This document shows positions 37,226 to 49,667 of a stretch of DNA of 64,000 nt, piece after piece. The DNA comes from Asterionella formosa (Eukaryota), in contig NKIB01005148.1 of the NCBI GenBank assembly GCA_002256025.1, positions 1-64,000 of the forward strand, in the 5' to 3' direction. The notes below the pieces were generated by a model. The model was not told the DNA's origin and made no database searches. It saw only the letters and a list, made by a program, of their open reading frames with translations. Both the position numbers and the translations under genes were made by a program. Position 1 is the first letter of the stretch; each line of letters opens with the position of its first letter.

Positions 37226-37675
37226 GAGTTATTGAAACTACGTCTGTGAATAAAATTTCCATTGGATCTAACGTTTTACTCAGCATGCATTAAAAAAGTT
37301 ATTTATTAAGCTAAATTTTTATTATATTGATAATAATTTGGATAGATCAACAACTTTTTCTGTGTGATCAATCAAATTCACATCTCAGTTCATAATCGTA
37401 CACATGTCACGTTATGCGTATGTAAAAACTTGTTTATCTTATGTACCAAAAATTAATTATCAAGCGAAACTTTTGTTATATCGAGTGAATCTTTGATTGA
37501 TCAAAAACTTTTGCTCTTCGATCAATTCAATTTATATCGAAGGTTATCACATATGCACACGTCACAGATGTGTACGTAGAAGCTTGTACTACCTAATAAT
37601 TGCATACTGATTTTTGTGTATCAGCTCCTTCTTGCCATTCGCACATCAACAATCATCCTTACCTCGTACCAGGTA

Positions 37676-40600
37676 CCACTTAAAAACTGTAAGCCACCGC
37701 TAAACGGAGTAAACGCACGGTTTGAACTTAGGTTAAAGATACGCTATTTATTGTCACGAACGAGTTGTTCATATATATAGCGGTAAATACTTCCGTACTT
37801 GTATTGTTGCATTGTGTACATTTTTAATCAGGTATTATCGCCCAAAGGTTGCTGTCGACGTGAAATTGCGAAAATTGGATATTTTCACGTTTACTCGATT
37901 GAGCAAGCATCACCTTTTATATACGTATACAGATATGATGATATTCCTCCGCTAGAAAACTAATTTAGTATCCTCTAAAATTTATTTAATATGGCTACGA
38001 CGTCATTGCGCTTTCGCTCCATAATAAAGAGATAAATTCACTAATGGAAAACGTCAAAATTTCTGGCGCGCCCGAGTTATGAGTACAAAAATTAAATGCA
38101 AGCACAACAATCACCCATCACCCATCACAATACCAACATCATGACCTCGAAAGCACCTCGAAAGAAATGGTCTCCTGAAGAGTTGGTCAGTGTTCAGATT
38201 TGTCTTAACAATGTTGATTAGGGAGCTAGAAGCTAAGAAGAAGGCTAACAATGGTGGAAAAATGCCTTATGGTGCTATTTCTAGGACAGTATCAGCTAAG
38301 CAACAATGCATTTTCCCTTAGATATCTGTTAACCAAGTGAAGAATGAACTAAAACGAAGTGCTAAACTAGAAGTTAAGTCTAGTACTACTATGTATACTA
38401 GCCCTACTTCTGGTTCGTCCCTCTTTCAACCATCAACTGCAACCAAGGCTGGTGTCTAAATTGACACCTGACCATTGTGGCCCTACTAAACCCCAATTCT
38501 TGGATGCTGATGGCAGCTTTGCCTTGTTATTTCCCAGCAATCTCATTCATAATTCATATGAAATTGTCGAGGAGGAAGAAGATGACAACAATGAAGGTGT
38601 GAGTGAGCATCATGACAGTCAGTTTACAATGGGCATTTTGGCAAATGAAACTGGAAACAATGGTGTGCTTACCTGGGGAAGTTTGGATGCAAATACAAAC
38701 ACAACGAAAACAAACAAGGAGGACATGACTAGTACAACTGTTGGTGGACGGCCCAAAAGTGCCACCATTAGCAACAAATCCCAGATGCAAAATGCATTGA
38801 GTGAAGCAACAGATGAGTACATGAATAAGATGCTAGACAGCAAAAATAACAACAAACGTACCCCCAAAGGAACAATTTCTTTGATCATTGATGCTGCCAC
38901 CAAGGAAAGGAATGGAATATCTGCTATTGTGAAGGTTTGTTTTGAAACAGTCAGAAGCAGAGCAGTAATCAAAATAAAGAAGAGTGCTGGTGAGGTTCAG
39001 AATGGTCAGCATCATATCAGCAAACATAGACATAAATCACCAATGAACGAGATTGAACCTTACCTTGTCGGACTCATTCAACAACTTGCAAAAATGAGGG
39101 TCCTATTCTCTGCTTCTGAAGGACTGATACTTGCCAACTCCTTGATTGCTGGTACTGAAACTATGGCAAAGTTGAACAATTGGAGAGAAACAAATTGCAT
39201 TCCATTCCAAATCAACAAAAAGCTTGAACTTGGGAAATCCTATTGGAAAGGATTTATGAAAGAAATGCACAGTGAGTTACAGCAAAGAAGGGAGTAAAGT
39301 TTGAGAGCAAACGTGCAGATTCGTGTACGTACCAGTCCTTCTTATCAATGTATAAAGAATTCTATAAAGAAATGGTGGCTGGAGGAGTTGCAAAACGAAA
39401 CCCAAGCAAACAATGGTACTCAAAAGAAGGGTTAGTAGTTGAGGAGCAGGAAGCGTTTGGTTTAGCTAGTTAATATGAGCTAATCAGACCTGACCGTCTC
39501 CTCTTTGTGGACGAAGTTGGTTCCAATACATCCGAAACGAAAGATGGCAATGTTGGTGGCGAAAAGTTTCTTTGCATTGCAGGTGGCCGTCCTCAAATCC
39601 GGGCCTCGACCAAAGGTGCACACTTTACTGTCATAGGATTCACTGCAGCCAATGGTCAACCAATCATGTGCGCAATTATTTTTGCCGCAAAAGCCCTGGA
39701 AGACGAATGGGTGCTTGGCCTAGATCCGTTTGCTGCTTGGGAAGGAGAAGATGAAAACATACATGGCAACAGCGGAAAGGGAAAACGATATCCACAAGGA
39801 CTAGTCTGTGATGTGGAAGGGAAACAGTTGCCTAAATCCTGCTGTGTGTCGGAAAACGGCTCAATCACTTCAGAGCTTCTGGTTGGCATGCTAAAGCACA
39901 TGGATGACTCTGGCATCTTTCCTCGAAACAACGGGCCCCCACCATTCCTAATACTTGATGGACATGGGTCTCGCTTTGACATTCTGTTCCTTGAATACAT
40001 AAACAACCCAGTACACAATTGGACAGTCTGTATTGGTGTTCCTTATGGTACAAGCTACTGGCAGGTTGGAGACAGTAGTGAGCAAAACGGTTGTTTCAAA
40101 ATGAACATCACAAAAGCAAAACGCAAATTGCTCACCTTAAAGCAGATCACAGGCAAGAGCTTACAATTAACAAGGTCAACATTGTTGGACTGTTGAATAC
40201 GGCATGGGACGATTCCTTTGCAAATATTGCCACAAACAAGAAAGCAATTTATGAATAAGGATGGTATCCCCTGAACTATAATGTCTTGCTTCACCCTGAG
40301 ATTCAACTAACTCAACCACAACAGAACATCAATGCGCCCACAGAGACTGCCACTCTCCCTCCTGATGAGTTAAACCTCCAAACTGGCTTTGCTGGAACAA
40401 TTGTTGGAAGAATTAACAAGTTTTGCAAACGCGAGGATGTGCGAAATGGAATCGGCCGGGAGGCCCAAGCTAGAAAGAGACAGCGGATTCACACATTGGT
40501 GAGGGACACAAGAAGAGGATAACAGCAGGACTACTGGCCTCTGCACAAACCTTTGCCCTTGGGCCAAATATTCTTGCTGCTACACTGGAACAGAAGCGAA

Positions 40601-41360
40601 TTTCAGACATTGTCATTAGTACAAAAGAAGCAAAAAGGCAGCAAGAATTCAATACACTTCGCGGGAAAGTACTTACATTGAAGGAACAGAACAAAACAAA
40701 AGAACAGATGTCTGTGCCAGAATTGAAATTAATGGGGCGTTGGTACAAACGATCAGGTGATTTGCCGGTTCCACAAACAAGGCAAGCTCTGATTACAAGA
40801 TTCGACAACACCAATCACCGTTGTGACCAGCAGCCGCCATTACCTCTCCATACACCTCCTATTGCTGTGGTTGTTGTGGTTACTGCACCTCCTCCTGTTG
40901 CTATTACCTCTCCTTCTACAACTGCTACTGCCAATCCACCATTCCGTGATGAAGTGTTAGACTCCGCAAGCAAGTAATTGGATGCAAAGAAGCTCGAGAT
41001 TAATGTAATGCATCAGAAGAATTCTCCAACCATGATGCTGCCCTGCAAAAGTGTAAATCGTAAAGTAATAAGAAAATAATTTTTGTAGTATTAACGGAGT
41101 AAAAATAAACACGGTTTGGGGGGAAAATATATTCATGTACATATGAAAAATATGCACTGTAAGCCACCGCTGTGCGATAATCTTACCGGTAGTGACTTTG
41201 GAAAAAATACACCGAATCAAAAGTGATTCCTTAATAGTATATCAGAGAGCATTGTCTAACATAAGCTTTGTACTTGCGTCAAGTTTTGATCGTTGAATTA
41301 CCTACATATTTTTAGTCCAAAAATAGAGTAAAATAACGGTGGCTTACAGTTTTTAAGTGG
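37676..41360 (+). mobile_element. Tc1/mariner-superfamily pogo/Fot1-like DNA transposon, full length but transposase disrupted
   Basis: Perfect 24-bp TIR CCACTTAAAAACTGTAAGCCACCG (37676-37699 and 41337-41360) flanked by TA on both sides; DDE_1-type motifs VDEVGS, LILDGHGSR and QVGDSSEQNG in 38452-40977. Confidence 0.93.
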
Positions 41361-43825
41361 TAACAGGTACCAGGTACCATCGACATTGCCCTATCGTTCA
41401 CTCATTTCAATTCCGACTTGAACACTTTCGCTAATATTCTAATTGTATACTATCGACTACAAATTTTTTGTGTGCAATCTGCCCTTAATTGATTAAAAAA
41501 AACGATGCAAAACGGATCTCGAGAAATAGTGCGAGATGATACATGATGCAAGCAACAACCATCCGTAATGACAAAACAGGCACGGAACGAATCATTTCAT
41601 ATTGAATTTGAAGTGCGAAACTATATATCTATTCTGGTTGATGTCTGTTATCGACTGCAAATCTTTGGAATGCTATTGGGCATGAATTGATGGAGAAAAT
41701 CGAAGCGATGTGGTTGTCAGCAACTGGATGCATGAAGAATATCAACAATCATCCTTACCATCGGCATTGTCAGCATCCAATATGAATTCTTTTATTCTTT
41801 TACATAAATTATATTTCGTATGAATTCTTAAGATACAAAATATATGGATAACATACCTGTATTGTGACTATGTCTGGAATGGCAACGTAATGCATGCTGA
41901 GTGCATTGACCTCAGCTAATGAATAGGTGGCTAGGTAGGACCTGGGACCAGGTACCGGTATACAAGGCCTACACAGGTCTAAGTTATGTTTATGTAAAAC
42001 GAATTTTTTGATCCTACTTATGAATCAAAAGTACGCAATGACATACATACGAACACTCCCGGTATGTTATAATGAAGCAATTCCCGCTCCAGCTATCGTC
42101 TTGCCATTCGGGTACTTTTAAGTAATTTTTAGGCTGTAAGTAATTTCTTGGGGCACACCGAATTTTTCGGCAATAAAATTGCTGATTTTAGCATGACAAC
42201 CAGAATAACGGTAATATGCATAGAGATGGTACAACAAGCGTAAAATACATGAGAATGATTGTAACATGCAACATCAATGAAAATTTAACATGATGTTTGG
42301 AGCAACCAAAGTATGAAATGCAATGTAATGAGTAGCGTCAAATGAGAAATAGAAAAAATTGTTTTGGGTTAAAAATAAAGTTTAAAAAATAAGAGTTTCA
42401 ATGGAGATGTATGCATTGTGACATTGTAGTACTTACACAGGCAATTGAATTTCCATCACCACACAATCAATGACCAAAATAAGAAGGGAAAAAGCTGAAC
42501 CCAATCTTGACCTGCATCGTTATGTAGCATAGACGATCTGCTTGTTGTAACCATGCACATCGCTGTAGGAGCCTGACACCAGTTGCAGTCCTTCCGCCCA
42601 CAGTCCCTGTTCCTTCCCACCAAACAACCCTGATCATCATTCCATTCCAATTCATTCTGATTCAGTATAATCGCCAGGCTGCTCCAGCACTATCGACTCC
42701 CTCTAGCTGAATGTACGTAGCTTCTGATACAAACTCATAGTTGATTGTAGCACTGCTCCAACTGTGAGTGCCTCTCCCAGTAACTTGTTGCTTAGATCAA
42801 TGGAACTCCTCATCGCCGACTCTTTGTGTCACTTGTCTCATCATTGGTGGATTGTGGATGTTCCTGAAGAAGCGCCACCACCTGTGCCAATTTGCTGCTA
42901 CTGGTAGACGTAGAAAGGTCAAGCTCAACTATTATGGCTTTATTGACCTCCAATGCTTTCTTTACTCCCAATTCCAGTCAGTGAGATTGAGATAGAGGGA
43001 AAATTCAACTCCCAGCCTTCCATGCGTCTCTCCGAATATGATGATGGCAGAAATAATGATACCAATCAGTCCAACAATTTCCTTACTTGTGCTGCTCTCA
43101 TTCCAGTACATATGAGAGCTTTGTATACCAGCCAATGGTCAAAAAAGGGAGAAATGGGTCTCCATTGACATGCTCTTTCATGGACTCATTAATGATCAAC
43201 TAGAATTCATTAGGTTCCAACAATTATATGAAGAATATTAAAAAGGTCTTGTCTTCCAAAATTGCTTGAAACCATGAATCTCCCACATGCTTCCTCGTCT
43301 AGAATGGAAGAAACTATGCCTGAAAGGATCATTTGGATTTCAATTTCTTTTGTGTTTTGGATGTCATGACATTTCTGATGATAAAATGGAAACACTAACC
43401 CATATGCCATTGCCTGCAAATGAAAAGTATTTTATTTGTATGATGCATCTTACAATGGTGATAACCTAATTTTTTAAATAGCCCCCAGACTAACATACCA
43501 CAGTCATATGAATAAAGCAAAAACCTATTTTTCCCACTTCTCAAAATCAAGCGATGAGTTGCAAGTTCAACGTGGTGACTACTGGTATACATTATAAGTC
43601 GTAATAAAAGTATCATGTAATGAAATTCAAATTTGATTTCCAAAAATGATTTCCCCCTTATCAAGTCAAAAAATGTATTGTAAATTCAAAATTATTACTA
43701 TAATGCTCCAAAAATCATCCAATATTGTGCTGGGAATATACAATATTGTTTTATAGCCTTGTAAATTCTCAACCACGAGAAATGACATTTAACATTCAAA
43801 ATGCAGAAAGAATACAAAAAACCAA

Positions 43826-46586
43826 TCATTGATATAAACCTTGAAATTTCTTCTTTACCCATATGATATTACCAGCACGGTCCAAAACAGGATTCAGGTG
43901 GTTCTTCCACTCAGAATGCTTATCCTTCTGAGCCTTTTGAGAAATTACTTCATATGATGCTCCAACAATTTCAGTAAGTTTCTTCCTATCCAATTCAAGA
44001 GTAGAATTATTTTGAGTAGCACTTATGCCAGTGAGGAATTCTTCAGTACTTGCGATGAGCTCTTTTGTAAGTGGATCAATTATCATATCCATGAAAAATT
44101 TCTCGATTGATTCTATTGGAAAATGAATACCAGTGGTAACTATGCCAGCAGATACGGCAGCTCTAAGAAGTGACATTGCACATTTGATGGCAGGTGCAAT
44201 ACGTGTCACCCATTGCTTGGTAACCTGTGTAGTAATACAAGTTTCTGTTACAACATCAAATGAATGCTGACAAACAAAGAAAATCAGCACTTCAGTTTTT
44301 ATCCACTTTTTTGGCAATGTCATGATATTGCTTGTGGCCCCTGCTTGTTTACTGGATGGTACAATATAGACAATTCTGGGACATTTTGCATCCACTCCAG
44401 CAGTAAGATTGGCAAGGGCCTGTGTCATTCGTAAAAATTGACTGGCTACATGAGTGATCTGCTTAAGAATCTCTTTTTGGTCCTGCAAGAGATTGGACCA
44501 CATGCCATTTTCAGTTTGTTTCTTCATGTGAAGGTCATACAGATTACAGGACATGAAAGGGTTATTGAACATTTCCTTATTTGAAAAAAACTGGTCACAA
44601 CCAATGATTGGGCACTGAATGGTCATATCACCAAGATGCGTGATGACATGATCCTCAAAGCATTGTTGGCATGTGGAATGGTTTTGGCAAATGGAAACAG
44701 GAGTAGAACGTTTGGCGCACAAGACACACAGTTCAGCGCTTTCATTCAAGCTCAATGTTCCCATTTTTCCACCACAGGATGCTGTGGGACATCCACTAAC
44801 ATTATGATGTGTTTGACTTACAAGTCGACCCATTTCTTCAACCAATTCACTAGTCTTTGGCCTTTTCTCACGATTTGTCTGAATGCAACGAATGGCTAAT
44901 GAGCACACAGAAGAAAGACTTCCACCTTCCCATTCATCTGCAAGAGGATCAACATCCTCCACCAATTTTGGAATTGCCACCTCCAATGCCTGAGTTGGGG
45001 TCCCTTCAAAATTTTCGGGGAGGTAGCGTTCATGGAACTCTTTCAGTCTACCAAATTGGAGGCAGCCTGTTACAAGCTCAATCATGACAATGCCAAAAGA
45101 GAAAACTTCACACGATTCTTCATATGTCCGTTTTCCACGACAATACCATGGACATATAAAGCCAGGTTTCCCAAAGACTCCAACATGTGATGTGTTCCGA
45201 ACTGAAAAAGGAATTGCACTGGTTGAAGTGGAATCATCCACAGGCACAAACTTGGCTAGGCCACAATCAATCAGTTTGGCAGTATAGTTCTGTTGAAGGC
45301 AGATATTAGCCGACTTTATGTCGCGATGAAACAGAATGAAGTTGTCACTTTTCTCAGAATGAAGGCAGTTGATGGCACGAATAATGTCGAACATGATTCG
45401 AAGTCGTCTCTCACTCGAGAGACTTGCCATGCTTTGTTCACTCGCATAAAATTTATCAAGCGAACCCTTGGATGCAAACTCATACACCAGGTATTGAGAA
45501 GGCGAACCAGGGGACAAATGATAGCCATACAAAGATACAATATGGGGGTGTCGGAACCTCTTTAATGCCTAAAATAGTATAGGAGAAGAATGAGACACAT
45601 ACAGTTGTGACATGAAATCCAATAGGTATTACTACACATGCACTTACCTCCAATTCAATTTTAAAACTCTTGCTAACTTGCTGCAACTTATCTTTCTCAG
45701 CAGCGAGATTGAAAAGAATACGTTTAACAGCAAAATACCGATTGTCATCCTTGCCTTTGTAGACAGCACCAAAAGCTCCTTCACCAAGTTTGAAGGCTTC
45801 ATCAAAATTGTTTGTACAACTTATAATGAATTCAACAGGAAGCTCGATTGGTCTTGAATTCACATTGTCCATAGCTGCCTTCATGTTCGATCGACCTATG
45901 GAAATTGGATCTGTGGGATTGTTACTGCTTGGTGTTGGAGTTGTTGGGGAAGACGGATGTGATGCATTTGATTTTGTTGTTTTTGAGATTTGCTGAGTTG
46001 TTTTGGCTGCCAATGGTTTGCGGTACTTGTTTGCATCAACAAGATCTTGAATATCATTCAGTATATTATCGCCAATTGAATTCCATTGGAGATTAACTGT
46101 AGTCAAGACAGTATTGACCGTGAGGGCCTCTGCAATGGACTTGGCGCCCTCATCACCAATTGAATTCCATCGGAGATAAAGTGAAGTCAAGACAGTATTG
46201 ACCTCGAGAGCCTCTGCAATGGCCTTGGCACCATCAACACCAATTGAATTATTCCAGAAAGAAAGTGTAGTTAAGACAGTATTGATCTTGAGAGCCTCCG
46301 CAATGGCCTTGGCGCCATCAACACCAATTGAATTATTGTCGAGACAAAGTGAAGTCAAGCCAGTATTAACCTTGAGAGCCTCTGCAATGGCCTTGGCTCC
46401 ATCAACGCCAATTGAATTACTCCAGAAAGAAAGTGTAGTCAAGACAGTGTTGACCTTGAGAGCTTCTGCAATGGCCTTGGCCTTGGCGTCATCGTCACCA
46501 ATTGATTTGTTGAAGAGAGAAAGTGTAATCAAATTTGGATCATTTGCTTTCAACCTTTTGACATATCTTTCCAATTTTGTTTCCAA
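43826..46586 (-). CDS. LRR - IRAK/Pelle-like kinase - RING - Roco/TORNADO1-like C-terminal domain protein; intron 45569-45647; 5' start unresolved
   Basis: Six 28-aa RNI-like LRRs; GEGAFGAVYKG, AVK, HRDIKSANI, DCGLAK; GTAAG...TAG intron joins KIELE|ALKRFRHPHIVSLYGY in frame; CVLC-C-H-CQQC-CPIIGC RING; tail CPRIVYIVP...FVCQ...IAP...GNIIWV. Confidence 0.88.
46070..46540 (-). repeat. 84-bp tandem repeats encoding the LRRs
   Basis: GCAATGGCCTTGGC/CCAATTGAATT recurring every 84 bp. Confidence 0.92.
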
Positions 46587-48041
46587 CCAAATAATTGAAA
46601 CATTGTCAATGTCGTCTTGAATGTAATTGAAGTTGTTTATTGTTTATTCGAGCGACTTCTTGTTTGGTTCTTGTTCGAGAGAAAGTGTTTTGTATTACAA
46701 AAACTTCTTGTGAGGATATATCTCGAGTCCTATTGCCAAAATAGGTTCTCTACCCCTTGTCGTAGAATTCTACGCAAAAGATACAACTCATTCCTCAGGC
46801 ATGATGTCTGAAATTTTGTCCATCCTCATTTCTACACATATACCGGTATGTATATGATCCATAATGACGATTGTGATACTTTTTAACTATGTAACAACAA
46901 ATATCGTTATGTATCCGATTCGACTACCGGTACATAGGAGTGATGAAAGGGCTTATAAACCCGTAAGCATTTTAAAAAATTTGTGCATTACAAATATTGG
47001 TATATGGAAATATATGAATAAAATTTTTATACTAGCTATAGGTACACATTCACATAGGGGATTTATAGTTGTGTTATGATGTGGTCCGCCTCTTGGCCAA
47101 GAATATCCATCTGTTCTTCCTCTGTGGCTCCGTACAGAAAGGTCCATACACTTTTTGCATAAAAGTGTCCGAAAATGCATAATGGGTTAGTCGGGGGAGC
47201 TCGGGATTACTTATTTGACTAAATTTGTAGCAAATCAATATTAATTTCAATCAATGATAGAAACGTTTCCTAACTAAGTTTACAATGACTCTTTTTAGTT
47301 AGTATATTGAAAATCGAATAATAAAAATATAATTGTGCTTCTGTACATTTTGTCAAGAAATCGGATGCATAATGTGTCGGATGTAATTACATTTTCGACA
47401 TAGAACACATCATACATGCAACATACCTTGTACCGGCACATACTTTGTACATTCCGTGTAAAGAGCTATGCATATTATATATGCTTGGCATACATCCTAC
47501 TGGGTATGTACTACCAGTTCTTGAATGTTTGTTTGTACAGGTGCCTGCGGTATGGGGTCGATGAGACAGTAACTCCATCTTGACCATGACGAAATTATGG
47601 AGATGAATATCTTCACGAATATTGACAATGAGCAATTCCTATTTCACACGTGTATGAACACTAACATAGACGAGATTATCGTTCAATAATAAATATTTTT
47701 GCACTAGTATTGACAACAAAAAGTTGAAATCGGCGCGGGAAGTTGTTTTTGGTCGCCATTTGCTCAGTTTTTAAGATATGACCAAAGTAGCAACAGTTTT
47801 GAGTCCGCGATGATTCGCTTGATAACTTTGACTAGATAAGGTTTTCTATGTTTTGTAGAAATAGATGAGAAAACTTGAGCGACAGTATTCTTGGTGAGGG
47901 TACAACATTTCAAGATGCAACAAATTCCTCTACGTCAATTTTGTAGTGACTTTCATGTACACACTAATTGTCGTGGTTCATATTTCTATGGAATCTTGAT
48001 AAGGTCATTTGACAGCTTACTATAGACATACTTTTAGCCAT

Positions 48042-49667
48042 TCAACAATAGACTGCTTGTTGTTCACGCGAGTAAAAACTTCGCATCGCGGAAATGATCA
48101 TGAACTCCCCTGACTGACGGTTTATGCATTTTCCGACACTTTTATGCAAAAATTGTTTTCTTTCTCCGTACAGAAACTGGCTACGGGAAGTCCATTGCCC
48201 GATCCCAAAGTCCCATAAGTCAGATATAAGCTGGGTTGTCCAGTGATCATCAATATTTGGATCTGGATGTAGCCTTCTTGCTTGGCAATATTCTGAAAGT
48301 ATTACACAACCAAGGGTGGAGACTACCTGAGAGTATTCTTGTGTTTGAGGCTTGGGAGGCGCGAGTAGGTTGACCTTCTCGCAGCACTGGATTGCAAAGT
48401 CTTCAGGTCGCAAACAATGTGGGCAAGAACATATCTCACCAGTACCAAGAACATATCACTCCATTGCTCCCTGTCAACCTGCTCAAACCTGTCCTCCTCA
48501 AATTTCCAAGCCACAAACGCCCATATCAGCCAGTAAATTTCCGATGCATCCTGCTCCTCCTCCTGCCAGATACTACCAGAAGTCTGCACCACCAGCACTT
48601 GCCCCTAAATAAAAAAATTACTTAGGGAAACCAAAAATTACTCAGACACCCACAGTTCTCATCGAAAAGCAAGACGATAGCTAGGGCGGGGATTGCTAGC
48701 GCATTTCCTTTGCCCCAGTTGACACTAATTCTGCCCCAGATGGCCTGATCCCACCCTATGTCCTGCTGATTAATGAAAGCTTCGAAGGTGGGATGCCCAA
48801 TAATATTGTTCGGAGGGGAATAATGCCCTCCCATATACGCCTTCGCTAAACCATGTTTCCATGCTGACCAGAATACTTTCATGACACAAGGACATATTTG
48901 TTGCCCCTTGATTTTGGTCCACCACCTCTCCGTCCATAGCTTATTCCTATAAGTAGTGTTGCGAGCACACCTGATCAAATGATTTAAGTCCTCTAAATCT
49001 TCCACATTGTGGACATTGTCCATCATTTTGTTTTTCGAATTTTCGTCGTTGTTTAATTGTGGCAAACAGATTGAATTCTAACTTGAAAAGCGTTGTCTTG
49101 TGTGAAGACCCAGCTGTCCTCGCCCCCGCTCGATGTCTTCCCTGCCAATTGACCATGTCATAAATTTCTTTTGTGTCTCACAAGGTCTTCGCTATAATAT
49201 ACTTTTCGGTTGATTCGAGGTAGCTATCCTCTCAAATACTAGCCAAGGGATGGTCACCTGTTATCCATGTTTCCTGTACACATAAGGATGCCCTATGACC
49301 CGATGGGGGAGCATACTTCATCGTACACAAGTTGTGGCAGCGGGGACAGGTCCTTGCCTGGTTTGTTGCCAAAGCATCCACATCACAGTTGGGTTTCGCC
49401 TCCCATGGCAATTTGTTAAACGCTATATCTAAATCTTGGTGGGATTTGACGTGATGTGGATGAAGCTCAATATTGTGTTTCTGGACAAGGCACATGGCTA
49501 CCTGAAAGAGATCATAATCAGGAGCAAGCGTTTGAGATGGTCCTTTGTGCTTCCATTTTTGGATTCATGATATGAGAGCTTTATTATCAAAATATTCTAC
49601 CTTCAAACTTTGTATGGGAATTGTGCCTTCTCCCAAAGTGGTTGTGGACAACAATGTGACTACTGCT
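48042..49667 (-). mobile_element. Ambal-like LINE 3' fragment (copy B: RNase H tail and C-terminal region), cut by a TIR element
   Basis: TLAPDYDLFQ, HVKSHQD, NCDVDALA, GWDQAIWGRIS and LWDFGIGQWTSR are homologous to 56.2-57.5 kb. Confidence 0.88.

Noticed and set aside
45480..46586. LRR ORF and kinase ORF as two separate genes
   Set aside because: The kinase domain is split between them and a canonical 79-bp intron joins them in frame
46198..46620. Repetitive 140-aa plus-strand ORF
   Set aside because: Antisense shadow of the LRR repeats
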